From the NCBI GenBank assembly GCA_045655865.1, contig JAZOQB010000011.1:12127-76126 (forward strand): DNA of 64,000 bases, written 5' to 3'. Source of the stretch: Eubacteriales bacterium (GTDB lineage: Bacteria > Bacillota > Clostridia > Oscillospirales > SIG627). Made by a program: the position numbers and the translations under genes. The notes under the pieces are model-generated. The model did not search any database. It saw only the letters and a list, made by a program, of their open reading frames with translations, and was not told the origin of the DNA. Positions within the stretch are counted from its first letter, which is position 1; every line of letters starts with the position of its first letter. Below, in pieces: positions 56,306 to 64,000 of this stretch.

Positions 56306-56857
56306 ATGGCAATGTTGAACAATCAGGCAAAAGAGGAGATCCTCTCATATCTTGACCAAAAAGGGATTCCCTATCGGATCTTTTCCCACGAAAAAACGGA
56401 TCTGTTATGGGAAAAATTGCAAAACGACCGGAAACATGGCATCGTTTCCGCCGCCCATTGCAAAAATCTGGTCCTTTGCAACCGATCCCGGACCCGGTTT
56501 TATCTTTTGACCATGGCTTTCGGAAAGCGCTTTCAGACCGGCCCCGTTTCCCGGCAAATGGGCAGCGGACGGCTGAATTTTGCCTCGGATGAGGACTTGG
56601 CCAGGCTTCTTTGCGCCCGGCCCGGTATGGTCAGCCCTTTGGAGCTGATCTTTGATAAAAACAAAGAGCTTTCCTTTTTCATGGACCGGGACCTTGCCCG
56701 GGCCCCCCGGCTGTGCTTTCACCCTGCAGACGAGACGGCCACGGTGGTGCTGGAACAACAGGATTTCTTTGACGCCTTTCTCCCGACGCTGTCAGTGGTG
56801 CCGGGATTTGTAACCATTCCGCCACCGGCGGAAAACGGAGGCTTGGATGAACGATAA
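56306..56857 (+). CDS. YbaK/ProX-type prolyl-tRNA synthetase-associated (aminoacyl-tRNA editing) domain protein
   Basis: AHCKNLVL, RFYLLT, RLNFASDEDL, GMVSPLEL and FHPADETATVV are family-typical. The start (ATG 56306 or 56312) has no clear SD. Confidence 0.75.
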   Translation: MAMLNNQAKEEILSYLDQKGIPYRIFSHEKTDLLWEKLQNDRKHGIVSAAHCKNLVLCNRSRTRFYLLTMAFGKRFQTGPVSRQMGSGRLNFASDEDLARLLCARPGMVSPLELIFDKNKELSFFMDRDLARAPRLCFHPADETATVVLEQQDFFDAFLPTLSVVPGFVTIPPPAENGGLDER

Positions 56858-57314
56858 AACAAGAAAATGGGTCCGAGACGTGACCTTTACCACCTGTCTT
56901 TCCTTTTTGTGCATCAGCTTTTTGTATATCGGTATGATCGCGCTGTTCTCTCAGGGAGAGGACGGAGGAGAACAGACTCTGTTCCAGTTTTTCAGCTATC
57001 TATTTCAAAAGCTCTTTTTCTGCGTATTTCCCTTTTCTCTGTGCCTGGGCTTTGCCAATCGCATCTTTGACGGGAAAGGCCACCGGACAATTCTTCGCCT
57101 GGTCCACTTTCTTATTACCTTCGCAGCTTATTTTATCTTTATGGATCTGGTATTCAATCTGATGCTGGAGGACGGACAGGTTCCCACCGGTCTGATCATC
57201 CGCCACACGATCCCCTTTTTCGTGTTCTATCCCCTCACCCTTGGCGTGACGGCCTTGGGAAGAGCGCTTTTCCTGCCCAAAGAAGCAAAATCCATGAAAA
57301 GCATTTTAGACTAA
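56847..57314 (+). CDS. Hypothetical membrane protein
   Basis: 155 aa with about 4 TM helices. GGAGG SD. It overlaps the upstream gene by 11 nt. Confidence 0.6.
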   Translation: MNDKTRKWVRDVTFTTCLSFLCISFLYIGMIALFSQGEDGGEQTLFQFFSYLFQKLFFCVFPFSLCLGFANRIFDGKGHRTILRLVHFLITFAAYFIFMDLVFNLMLEDGQVPTGLIIRHTIPFFVFYPLTLGVTALGRALFLPKEAKSMKSILD

Positions 57315-57349
57315 AGGAGCTTGGATCCGTTTTGTAAGGAGGTGTTTAT

Positions 57350-57844
57350 ATGGCTCGAAATTTCGCACAACTGGTGTTTTGGATCTACGGTTTGTTTCTC
57401 GTGGCAACGTCCCGTCGGGTGATCGCTTCCGTTTTGAAAAGAAAGATCACACCCCGCGCCTTTCGTCAAGGACAGCGTGGGAAGGTCAATTCCTTTTTAT
57501 ACTTGCGTCACCGAGGCGTCATGCCGCCGTTTCTCTTTTGGATGAACGCCGTTTCCGTGGGGCTTTTGGCCGCTTCCCTTCTCTTACATCTTCTGATCGG
57601 CTGGTTTTCTTTTGCCGGGCTTTTCATGAAGATCTTCAATTCACTGGTGCTACTTACCACCTCTCTGCAGGCCGCTACGCTTTCTGTGGCGGATAACCTT
57701 CTGCGCTTTCATGAGCCCTTCTTTATATACCGGGTGGACGAGGATCCTGCCACCTCCCGCGCCTTTGCTTCCTCCATTTGGGATGGGGTGTTGTATCTTC
57801 TGCTCCCCTTCCTTATGATTCTGTGCAACTTTTTGGCGCTGTAG
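57350..57844 (+). CDS. Hypothetical membrane protein
   Basis: 164 aa with about 4 TM helices. AAGGAGGTG SD. Confidence 0.6.
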   Translation: MARNFAQLVFWIYGLFLVATSRRVIASVLKRKITPRAFRQGQRGKVNSFLYLRHRGVMPPFLFWMNAVSVGLLAASLLLHLLIGWFSFAGLFMKIFNSLVLLTTSLQAATLSVADNLLRFHEPFFIYRVDEDPATSRAFASSIWDGVLYLLLPFLMILCNFLAL

Positions 57845-57875
57845 ATCGCAGAGCGTGTTTGCCCTGCGCCCTTTG

Positions 57876-57904
57876 TTGACAATACAGGGGCGGGAGAATA
57901 TAAT
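57876..57904 (+). promoter_or_regulatory. Consensus sigma-A promoter of cysE
   Basis: TTGACA, 17-nt spacer, TATAAT. Confidence 0.7.
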
Positions 57905-57936
57905 AAACAAGTAGATTGATGCAAGGGAGAGATGGG

Positions 57937-58779
57937 ATGAAACTGGAAGAGATTCAAAACGCCCTGGACCGGGCAGGTTCCCGGGAGGGCGCGGTGTGGG
58001 CTGAGGCAAAAAGCGCAGTTCTTGATCGAAAAGAGGTCATTGATCTGGTCAAAGATCTCCAGTCCCTTCTGTTTCCGGGATATTTTCGGAGCGCATCGGT
58101 TACCCGGGAGGGCCTTGAGGGAATCCGACTTCTTGAAAAGGTTCGTTCCCGGCTGCTTTCCCTTCTGGAGAACGTGGCACGTTTCCGGGAGGTGACCTTT
58201 TCCCCAAAAGAGGCCGCCGACGCCTTTTTGGAGAGACTGCCTGGCATCAAGAGCCTTTTGATCAAGGACGTTCAGGCCATTTACGAAGGAGACCCTGCGG
58301 CCAAGAGCCAGGAGGAGGTCCTTCTTTGCTATCCCGGTTTTTACGCCATTTCTATTTTCCGCCTGGCCCACGAGCTCTACACTTTAAAGGTTCCGCTTTT
58401 GCCCCGGATCATGACGGAATTTGCCCATGAAAAGACCGGAATCGACATCCACGCCGGCGCTCAGATCGGCGAGTATTTCTGCATCGATCACGGAACCGGG
58501 ATCGTGGTGGGAGAGACCACCGTCATCGGAGACCACGTCAAGCTTTACCAGGGCGTGACCTTGGGCGCCAAGAGCTTTGAGCTGGATGAAAACGGCAATC
58601 CCATCAAAAACATCAAACGCCATCCCAACATCGGCAGCCACGTGGTCATCTACGCCAACGCCACCATTTTGGGAGGCAATACCACCGTGGGCGACGGGTG
58701 CGTGATCGGCGCTTCCGTTTGGCTTACAAGATCGGTGGAAGCGGGAAAGACGCTGTATTATACCCCGCCCCAAAAGTAA
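57937..58779 (+). CDS. cysE: Serine O-acetyltransferase
   Basis: Left-handed beta-helix hexapeptide repeats (GIDIHAGAQIG, IDHGTGIVVGET, HPNIGSHVVIYANATILG) with a long N-terminal SATase helical domain. Confidence 0.9.
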   Translation: MKLEEIQNALDRAGSREGAVWAEAKSAVLDRKEVIDLVKDLQSLLFPGYFRSASVTREGLEGIRLLEKVRSRLLSLLENVARFREVTFSPKEAADAFLERLPGIKSLLIKDVQAIYEGDPAAKSQEEVLLCYPGFYAISIFRLAHELYTLKVPLLPRIMTEFAHEKTGIDIHAGAQIGEYFCIDHGTGIVVGETTVIGDHVKLYQGVTLGAKSFELDENGNPIKNIKRHPNIGSHVVIYANATILGGNTTVGDGCVIGASVWLTRSVEAGKTLYYTPPQK

Positions 58780-58836
58780 AAAGCCCGGACTTTTCGCCGC
58801 TGTGCCAAAGTCGGGTGCCGATGCTGCTTTGTAAAT

Positions 58837-58880
58837 AAGAGTGCCGGAGCTCATCTCTCGGGCACTCTTTGTTTCTGTTT
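58837..58880 (+). terminator. Rho-independent terminator of cysE
   Basis: 9-bp stem AAGAGTGCC/GGCACTCTT followed by a T-rich run. Confidence 0.65.
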
Positions 58881-58993
58881 TGCCCCTTGGCGTGGGAGGA
58901 TCCTGTCTGGTCATATAAAATTATACGGTTTTGGACATTTCCATATGTTCAGAAAAGAGCTATACTGAAAAAAAGAAAGGGAGGGGAGTATCC

Positions 58994-59836
58994 ATGGATC
59001 ACAACCGGCAGAAAAAGATCGCCGTTATCAACGATTTTTGCGGCTTTGGGCGCTGTTCGCTTTCCGTGGCCCTTCCCATTATTTCCGCTCTGAAGGTGCA
59101 GTGCTGTCCGCTGCCCACGTCTATTTTTTCCAATCACACCGGTTTTGACCGTTTTTACTCCACGGATTTTACCGCCCACATGCCCGCCTACATCCGGGAG
59201 TGGGAGGCGCTGGATCTGCACTTTTCCGGGATTTTGACCGGATTTTTGGGCGCCCCGGAGCAAATTTCATTGGTTCGCCGCTTTTTTGAGCGCTTTAAAA
59301 GGGAAGATACCATTGTGGTGGTAGACCCTGTGATGGGAGACGGCGGGAAGCTTTATCCCACCTATTCCCCTCGCCTGGCAGAGGAGATGGGGAGCCTTTT
59401 GCCCTTTGCGGATATTCTCACCCCCAATCTTACTGAGGCCTGTATTCTCACAGGGACCCCTTACCGGGAAAATATGAGCGATGAGGAACTGTATTCTTTG
59501 TGTCACGCCCTTTCTCAGATGGGCCCGAAGAAGATCGTGATCTCCGGGCTTTCTCACCTCTCGCGCCTGGATAATTTTGTATACCAAGAGGGGAAAGAGG
59601 CGGTTATGATCGGGGAGGACAAGGTGGGACCCTGCCGCTCGGGAACGGGAGACGTGTTCTCGTCCATCCTTGCCGCCGACTCCGTTTGCGGCGTGCCCTT
59701 TCAAGATTGTGTAGCCCACGCTGCCAATTTCATTGCCAAAGTTCTCCGGCGAACCTATGAGTGGGAGATTCCCAAAACCGACGGCATCTGTTTTGAAGAA
59801 TTTTTGACGGAAATCGAAAGGCGGCCCGAAAAGTGA
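58994..59836 (+). CDS. pdxK: Pyridoxal/pyridoxamine kinase
   Basis: Ribokinase-fold PdxK/PdxY type (IAVINDFCGFGRCSL, VVDPVMGD, GTGDVFSS). GGGAGGGGAG SD at ATG 58994. Confidence 0.88.
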   Translation: MDHNRQKKIAVINDFCGFGRCSLSVALPIISALKVQCCPLPTSIFSNHTGFDRFYSTDFTAHMPAYIREWEALDLHFSGILTGFLGAPEQISLVRRFFERFKREDTIVVVDPVMGDGGKLYPTYSPRLAEEMGSLLPFADILTPNLTEACILTGTPYRENMSDEELYSLCHALSQMGPKKIVISGLSHLSRLDNFVYQEGKEAVMIGEDKVGPCRSGTGDVFSSILAADSVCGVPFQDCVAHAANFIAKVLRRTYEWEIPKTDGICFEEFLTEIERRPEK

Positions 59837-60339
59837 TGAAAAAAGTTAAGCAAATCCGGTCCCTGACCCTTGCGGGCGTTTTGACGGCTTTGGTTTTTAT
59901 CTTTACAGCCTACCTTCACGTTCCCAGTCACACCGGCTATACCCACGTAGGGGACGGATTCATTTACCTTGCCGCCTGCCTTTTGCCTTTGCCAAAAGCG
60001 GTTTTCGTGGGGGCGACAGGTGCTTTTTTGGCAGACGTTCTGGGGGGCTTTGCCCTCTGGGCTCCGGGAACGGTTCTGATCAAGGCCGCAACGGTCCTTC
60101 TTTTCTCTCGAAAAGGGAAGAGGGTGCTTACCCGGCGTAATCTTTTGGCGCTTCTTCCCGCCGCGCTGATCTGCATTGGGGGGTATTATTTCTACGAAGT
60201 GCTGATCACGGGAAATCCGGTATCACCCTTGGCGGGAATTGCAGGATACCTTACCCAGTCGGTTCTTAGCAGCGTTCTCTTCGTTTTTTTGGCTCTGGGG
60301 CTTGATCAATTAAAAATCAAGGAAAAATTGGAGATCTGA
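59836..60339 (+). CDS. ECF transporter S component (substrate unknown; B6 vitamer suggested by context)
   Basis: About 6 TM helices in the ECF-S style. Its start overlaps the pdxK stop (GTGATGA). Confidence 0.75.
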   Translation: MKKVKQIRSLTLAGVLTALVFIFTAYLHVPSHTGYTHVGDGFIYLAACLLPLPKAVFVGATGAFLADVLGGFALWAPGTVLIKAATVLLFSRKGKRVLTRRNLLALLPAALICIGGYYFYEVLITGNPVSPLAGIAGYLTQSVLSSVLFVFLALGLDQLKIKEKLEI

Positions 60340-60343
60340 TCTT

Positions 60344-60949
60344 ATGATGACCATCACTTACCCGGTGAAAAACGGGCTTTACGTGAATATGACCAACCGT
60401 TGTCCCTGCGCTTGCACCTTTTGTCTGAGGCAGAACGGAGAGGGGGTCTACGGCTCCGATTCTCTTTGGCTGGAGCGGGAACCTACCGTGGCGGAAGTGT
60501 GCGAGAGCCTGGACAGCTGGGATCTGGCGAAATTTTCCGAGGTGGTGTTCTGCGGATACGGAGAGCCCACCGAGCGCCTGCCCGAGCTTTTGCAGGTGGC
60601 CTCTTACTTAAAGGGAAAGAGCCAAATTCCCATTCGCATCAACACCAACGGTCTTGCGGATCTGATCTGGAAGGAGAGATGCGCCCCCAAGCTTGCAGGG
60701 CTGATCGATACCGTTTCCATCAGTCTTAACGCCACGAACGCTCAGGATTATCAGGCTCTTGTGCGCAGTAAATTCGGGCTCTGCTCCTTTGACGCCATGC
60801 TGGCCTTTACCAAAGACTGCACATCTTACGTTCCAAGCGTTGTGATGACGGTGGTGGATCAAGTGACCTCTCAAGAGGAGCAGGAAAAGAGCCGGAAAAT
60901 TTGCCAGTCTTTGGGAGCGGTGCTCCGGATCCGGCCCTTTGAGGGATAA
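60344..60949 (+). CDS. Radical SAM protein (TatD-associated TIGR04038-like family)
   Basis: CxxxCxxC cluster (CPCACTFC) and FCGYGEPT. The length and sequence match that small radical SAM family by eye. Confidence 0.7.
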   Translation: MMTITYPVKNGLYVNMTNRCPCACTFCLRQNGEGVYGSDSLWLEREPTVAEVCESLDSWDLAKFSEVVFCGYGEPTERLPELLQVASYLKGKSQIPIRINTNGLADLIWKERCAPKLAGLIDTVSISLNATNAQDYQALVRSKFGLCSFDAMLAFTKDCTSYVPSVVMTVVDQVTSQEEQEKSRKICQSLGAVLRIRPFEG

Positions 60950-60984
60950 AGCGCCATCTTTTTGGGCTTTTCGGCAGAAAAAAT

Positions 60985-61021
60985 AAGGTCGAGGTAGATT
61001 CTACCTCGACCTTTGTTTTTT
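60985..61021. terminator. Bidirectional terminator between the radical SAM gene and hisS
   Basis: 11-bp stem GGTCGAGGTAG/CTACCTCGACC, 3-nt loop, T-run downstream. Confidence 0.85.
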
Positions 61022-61025
61022 TACT

Positions 61026-62285
61026 CTAGTTTTTGTAAATGCGTTCTACCTGAGAAAAGCCGTCTTCCATGAGCCGATCGATCTGGAATTTGGCGTTTTT
61101 CTTCAGGGGCATCACCGTAACGGTCTTTCCCTGGGCCCGAAGAGAAGCCGCCTTTTGGAAGACTTCCTGCATTTTTTCCGCATCTGCGCCGTTCTCCAGA
61201 AGAAGGGCGACGCCATCCGTCTTGGTGGAAAGGCAGTCGGAGGGATGGTCTTTCAGGATGGTGATAATTCTTTCAAAGCCAATGGAAAATCCGCAGGCGG
61301 GGGTGTTTTGACCGGCAAATTTCCCGATCATCTCATCGTACCGGCCGCCGCCGGCAATGGAAAAGCCGTAGCCCTCCAAAGTCGCTTCAAAAATGGTGCC
61401 GGTGTAATACCCCATGCCCCGAACCAGCGTGGGATCAAAGAGGAGTTTTGCTTTTCCGTTAAGGCTTTTTCCGGCGCAGGACAAAATGGTGTCAAGCCCT
61501 TGTGCTACGTGGGTGGGGAGAAGTTCTTCGGGAAGGAAACTGCAAAATTCAGAAACGCTCTCACCGCACGCCTTTTGGAACAGAGCAATGTAATCGTCCA
61601 CGGCCTTTTCCTCAAGGCCCTCTGCCAAAAGTTCCGTTTTTACGCCTTCCGCACCGATCTTATCCAGTTTATCCAAAATGATAAATACACTGTCAAGTTT
61701 TTCTTCCGGAAAGCCCGCGAAAAGGGCCATGGCCCGCAGGATCCGCCGGTCGCCCACGTGAATGACTACCCCCGGAAGGCCCGTTCCCTCCAGGATTTTA
61801 GAGAGCATGAGCCCGGTGGCACTCAAAAGCTCGATCTCCGCCAAAATGGAAGGATCGCCCAAAATGTCGATATCACACTGGGTAAACTGACGAAAGCGTC
61901 CTTTTTGAGGCTGATCGGCACGCCACACGTTTCCCATCTGCATGGCCTTGAAAGGGGAGGGAAGAGAGGCGGCGTTTGCCGCGTAAAAGCGGGAGAGGGG
62001 CAGGGTCAGGTCATAGCGCATGCCGGAATCGGCAAGGCTATCCCCTTTTTCCAGAGCGCGGGATAGGGCGGCGCCCCGTTTGAGCACTTGAAAGATCAGC
62101 TTTTCGTTTTCGCCGCCCTGTTTTCCCGAGAGGTTCTCCAGGTGTTCCATACAGGGCGTTTCCACCTCCCGGAATCCGAAGGTGGCGTAGGTTTCCCGGA
62201 TCATGGCCAGCACCTTTTGGCGCAGTTCCATCTCCCGGGGAAGAAAGTCGTTCATTCCTTTGACGGGGGTTTTGACAAATCCCAT
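61026..62285 (-). CDS. hisS: Histidine--tRNA ligase
   Basis: Class II motifs (GMNDFLP, FRQFTQCDIDILG, GGGRYD) and a C-terminal anticodon-binding domain. Start re-set to ATG 62285 (GGAGGT SD). Confidence 0.92.
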   Translation of the reverse strand: MGFVKTPVKGMNDFLPREMELRQKVLAMIRETYATFGFREVETPCMEHLENLSGKQGGENEKLIFQVLKRGAALSRALEKGDSLADSGMRYDLTLPLSRFYAANAASLPSPFKAMQMGNVWRADQPQKGRFRQFTQCDIDILGDPSILAEIELLSATGLMLSKILEGTGLPGVVIHVGDRRILRAMALFAGFPEEKLDSVFIILDKLDKIGAEGVKTELLAEGLEEKAVDDYIALFQKACGESVSEFCSFLPEELLPTHVAQGLDTILSCAGKSLNGKAKLLFDPTLVRGMGYYTGTIFEATLEGYGFSIAGGGRYDEMIGKFAGQNTPACGFSIGFERIITILKDHPSDCLSTKTDGVALLLENGADAEKMQEVFQKAASLRAQGKTVTVMPLKKNAKFQIDRLMEDGFSQVERIYKN

Positions 62286-62301
62286 AGTTACCTCCAAAAA
62301 A

Positions 62302-63249
62302 TTATACGTTCAGCTCCGATAGAGCGGCAATGAGCGTGAATACTCCGGGGAGCGTAAGAGTCGAGAGTAAAGTGGAGACCAGGCAGCTCCTGGCGTTTTC
62401 CGAGGCGTCCATCCCAAAGCTTTCGGGAAAGATCACCGAGTTCATCCCAATGGGAAGAGAAAGAAAGACGGCGGTGAAAAAGAAATACTGGCCGCGGATC
62501 CCCAAGACCCAGAGGGCGAAAGAAAAGATGGCGGAGAGGAGAAAAAGCCGAAAGGCGGAGAGAAGATAGGGTTTTTTTCCAACAAGGAGCTTTTTCAAGG
62601 GGATCTCGCCCAGGACCATTCCCACGGAGAGCATGGAGATCGGACTCATACAGTTGCCGGCGCCGGATAAAATATCCCGGAAAAGACTTGGGAGAGAAAG
62701 ACCCGAAAGCCCCAGGGCACAGCCAATGACACAGCTCCACACAAGGGGAGATGTGAGGACATGTTTTCCGGCGCGAAGACCACTCTCTCCGGAAAAAAGG
62801 GCGTAGCCGTAAAGGTAGATCCCTAAATTGAAGGGGAGACAGAAGACCTGAAACTGGGAAAGCGCCACCGAGCCAAAGACCCCTTCGATCACAGGGAACC
62901 CAAAATAGGTCATGTTGGGAAAGGCGAACATGTAAGAAAGACTTTGTTTTTCAAAGTCACTTTTTCCAAGGACCCGGGCCAAAACCCGTGTGGCCAGACA
63001 TACCAAAAGGCAAAGGATCAAGGCAAAGCCGAACAGCGCGGCGTTTGTTCCCAGATTCTCCCGGGTAAAGTGCTGGGAGAGGTTTTGGATATTATAGGCC
63101 GGAAGAAAGACGTTGGTGGCCAGAACGGAGAGAAAAGAGGCGCATCCCCGGTCCGGCATCTTCCACTGTTTCAGACCGTAGCCCAAAAGGAGAAAGAAAA
63201 CCAGGGAAGATACCTTTTGTAAGGTAAGTGTGACGATGTTAAAATCCAC
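62302..63249 (-). CDS. AEC-family (auxin efflux carrier-like) membrane transporter
   Basis: About 10 TM helices with typical AEC length. Start re-set to GTG 63249 (AAGGAG 8 nt upstream). The track ORF extends to 63354. Confidence 0.75.
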   Translation of the reverse strand: MDFNIVTLTLQKVSSLVFFLLLGYGLKQWKMPDRGCASFLSVLATNVFLPAYNIQNLSQHFTRENLGTNAALFGFALILCLLVCLATRVLARVLGKSDFEKQSLSYMFAFPNMTYFGFPVIEGVFGSVALSQFQVFCLPFNLGIYLYGYALFSGESGLRAGKHVLTSPLVWSCVIGCALGLSGLSLPSLFRDILSGAGNCMSPISMLSVGMVLGEIPLKKLLVGKKPYLLSAFRLFLLSAIFSFALWVLGIRGQYFFFTAVFLSLPIGMNSVIFPESFGMDASENARSCLVSTLLSTLTLPGVFTLIAALSELNV

Positions 63250-63462
63250 GGAAAAAGCTCCTTTTTTCTCTTGATCCCATCCATTATAGGACCAAAAAAA
63301 GGTTTTGTAAAGGAAAATTTCCCCCAAAGGGAAGAAAAGCGTTTTCTTTGTCATTCTTTGTACCGCAAAGCCGTGGTTTTTTTGCCGATTTTATTGACTT
63401 TGAGGGGAAAAAATGATAATCTTTAATATGGTTTTATTTGTATAGAAATAAAGGAGAACAAG

Positions 63463-64000
63463 ATGCCCATTACCGAGTTTTTGGAACGAAATGCCCGACT
63501 TTGGGGGGAAGAGGTAGCCCTGGTGGAACTGAGTCCCTCGGAGGAAAGGGATCAGGGGAAGACCTGGCGTGATTTTCAGCTCATTGAGATCGCTTCGGAC
63601 GCGCCCTATCGCAGGGAAATGACCTGGCGTGATTTTGACCGCCGGGCGAACCGTTTTGCCAATTTGCTCCTGAGCCGGGGCATGGCCCGCGGAACGAAGG
63701 TGGGGATCTTGCTGATGAACTGCCTGGAGTGGCTTCCCATCTACTTTGGCATTCTTAAGGCCGGGGGGATCGCCGTTCCCATGAACTTCCGTTACGCCAG
63801 CGACGAGATCCAGTACTGCCTGGAACTGGCGGACGTGGAGATCCTTGTGTTCGGACCGGAATTTGTTACCCGAATGGATCCCATCGCCGCAAAGCTTGAG
63901 GGCGTGAAGACCTTCTTTTTCGTGGGGAAAAAGGGTCCTTCCTATACTGAGGACGTTTTACAGGTTATGAATTTCTGTTCTTCCTCGCCCCCTCCCGTTC
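63463..64000 (+). CDS. AMP-dependent synthetase/ligase (acyl-CoA synthetase-like), 3'-truncated by the window edge
   Basis: It is absent from the ORF track because there is no stop in the window. Manual translation gives MPITEFLERNARLWGEEVALVE...TWRDFDRRANRFANLLLSRGMARGTKVGILLMNCLEWLPIYFGILKAGGIAVPMNFRY, typical of an adenylate-forming enzyme N-terminus. AAGGAG lies 6 nt upstream. Confidence 0.75.
   Translation, partial: MPITEFLERNARLWGEEVALVELSPSEERDQGKTWRDFQLIEIASDAPYRREMTWRDFDRRANRFANLLLSRGMARGTKVGILLMNCLEWLPIYFGILKAGGIAVPMNFRYASDEIQYCLELADVEILVFGPEFVTRMDPIAAKLEGVKTFFFVGKKGPSYTEDVLQVMNFCSSSPPPV

Overview
This is a core-chromosome, origin-proximal window from a moderately GC-rich, Clostridia-like Firmicute. 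The lineage call rests on spo0A, rny-ymdB, tepA, remB and a Noc-like ParB paralog. The minus strand carries dnaA-dnaN-recF-remB-gyrB-gyrA. The dnaA-dnaN spacer looks like oriC, with DnaA boxes, a GC cluster, TAG trios and an AT-rich block. About 11 kb away, also on the minus strand, lies noc-parA-parB with two perfect 16-bp parS palindromes, followed by a frameshifted serS. Diverging from noc are a DnaD/DnaB-like gene and a DnaI/DnaC-like helicase loader, then infC-rpmI-rplT with an attenuator-type leader. Other recognisable genes are polA, ddl, spo0A, tepA, rny, ymdB, mfd, a PrsA-like PPIase, ftsK/spoIIIE, asnA, hom, thrC, ppa, nrdR, cysE, pdxK, hisS, an OmpR/HK two-component pair and a preQ1-I riboswitch in front of queT. 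I saw no rRNA, tRNA, CRISPR array, transposase, integrase or phage gene, and no convincing novel multi-gene system. The window looks like ordinary housekeeping DNA. The points worth a second look are mostly cis elements. (1) Four perfect DnaA boxes are packed into an unusually long gyrB-gyrA spacer. (2) The oriC architecture sits about 13 kb from the gene-orientation switch. (3) serS carries a 1-nt frameshift. (4) A roughly 183-nt stem-closed intergenic element between convergent genes may be an sRNA. (5) A 650-bp non-coding tract with 0A-box-like motifs lies upstream of spo0A. All coordinates were derived by hand from the printed sequence. Start codons were re-picked by Shine-Dalgarno spacing and are less certain than stop codons.
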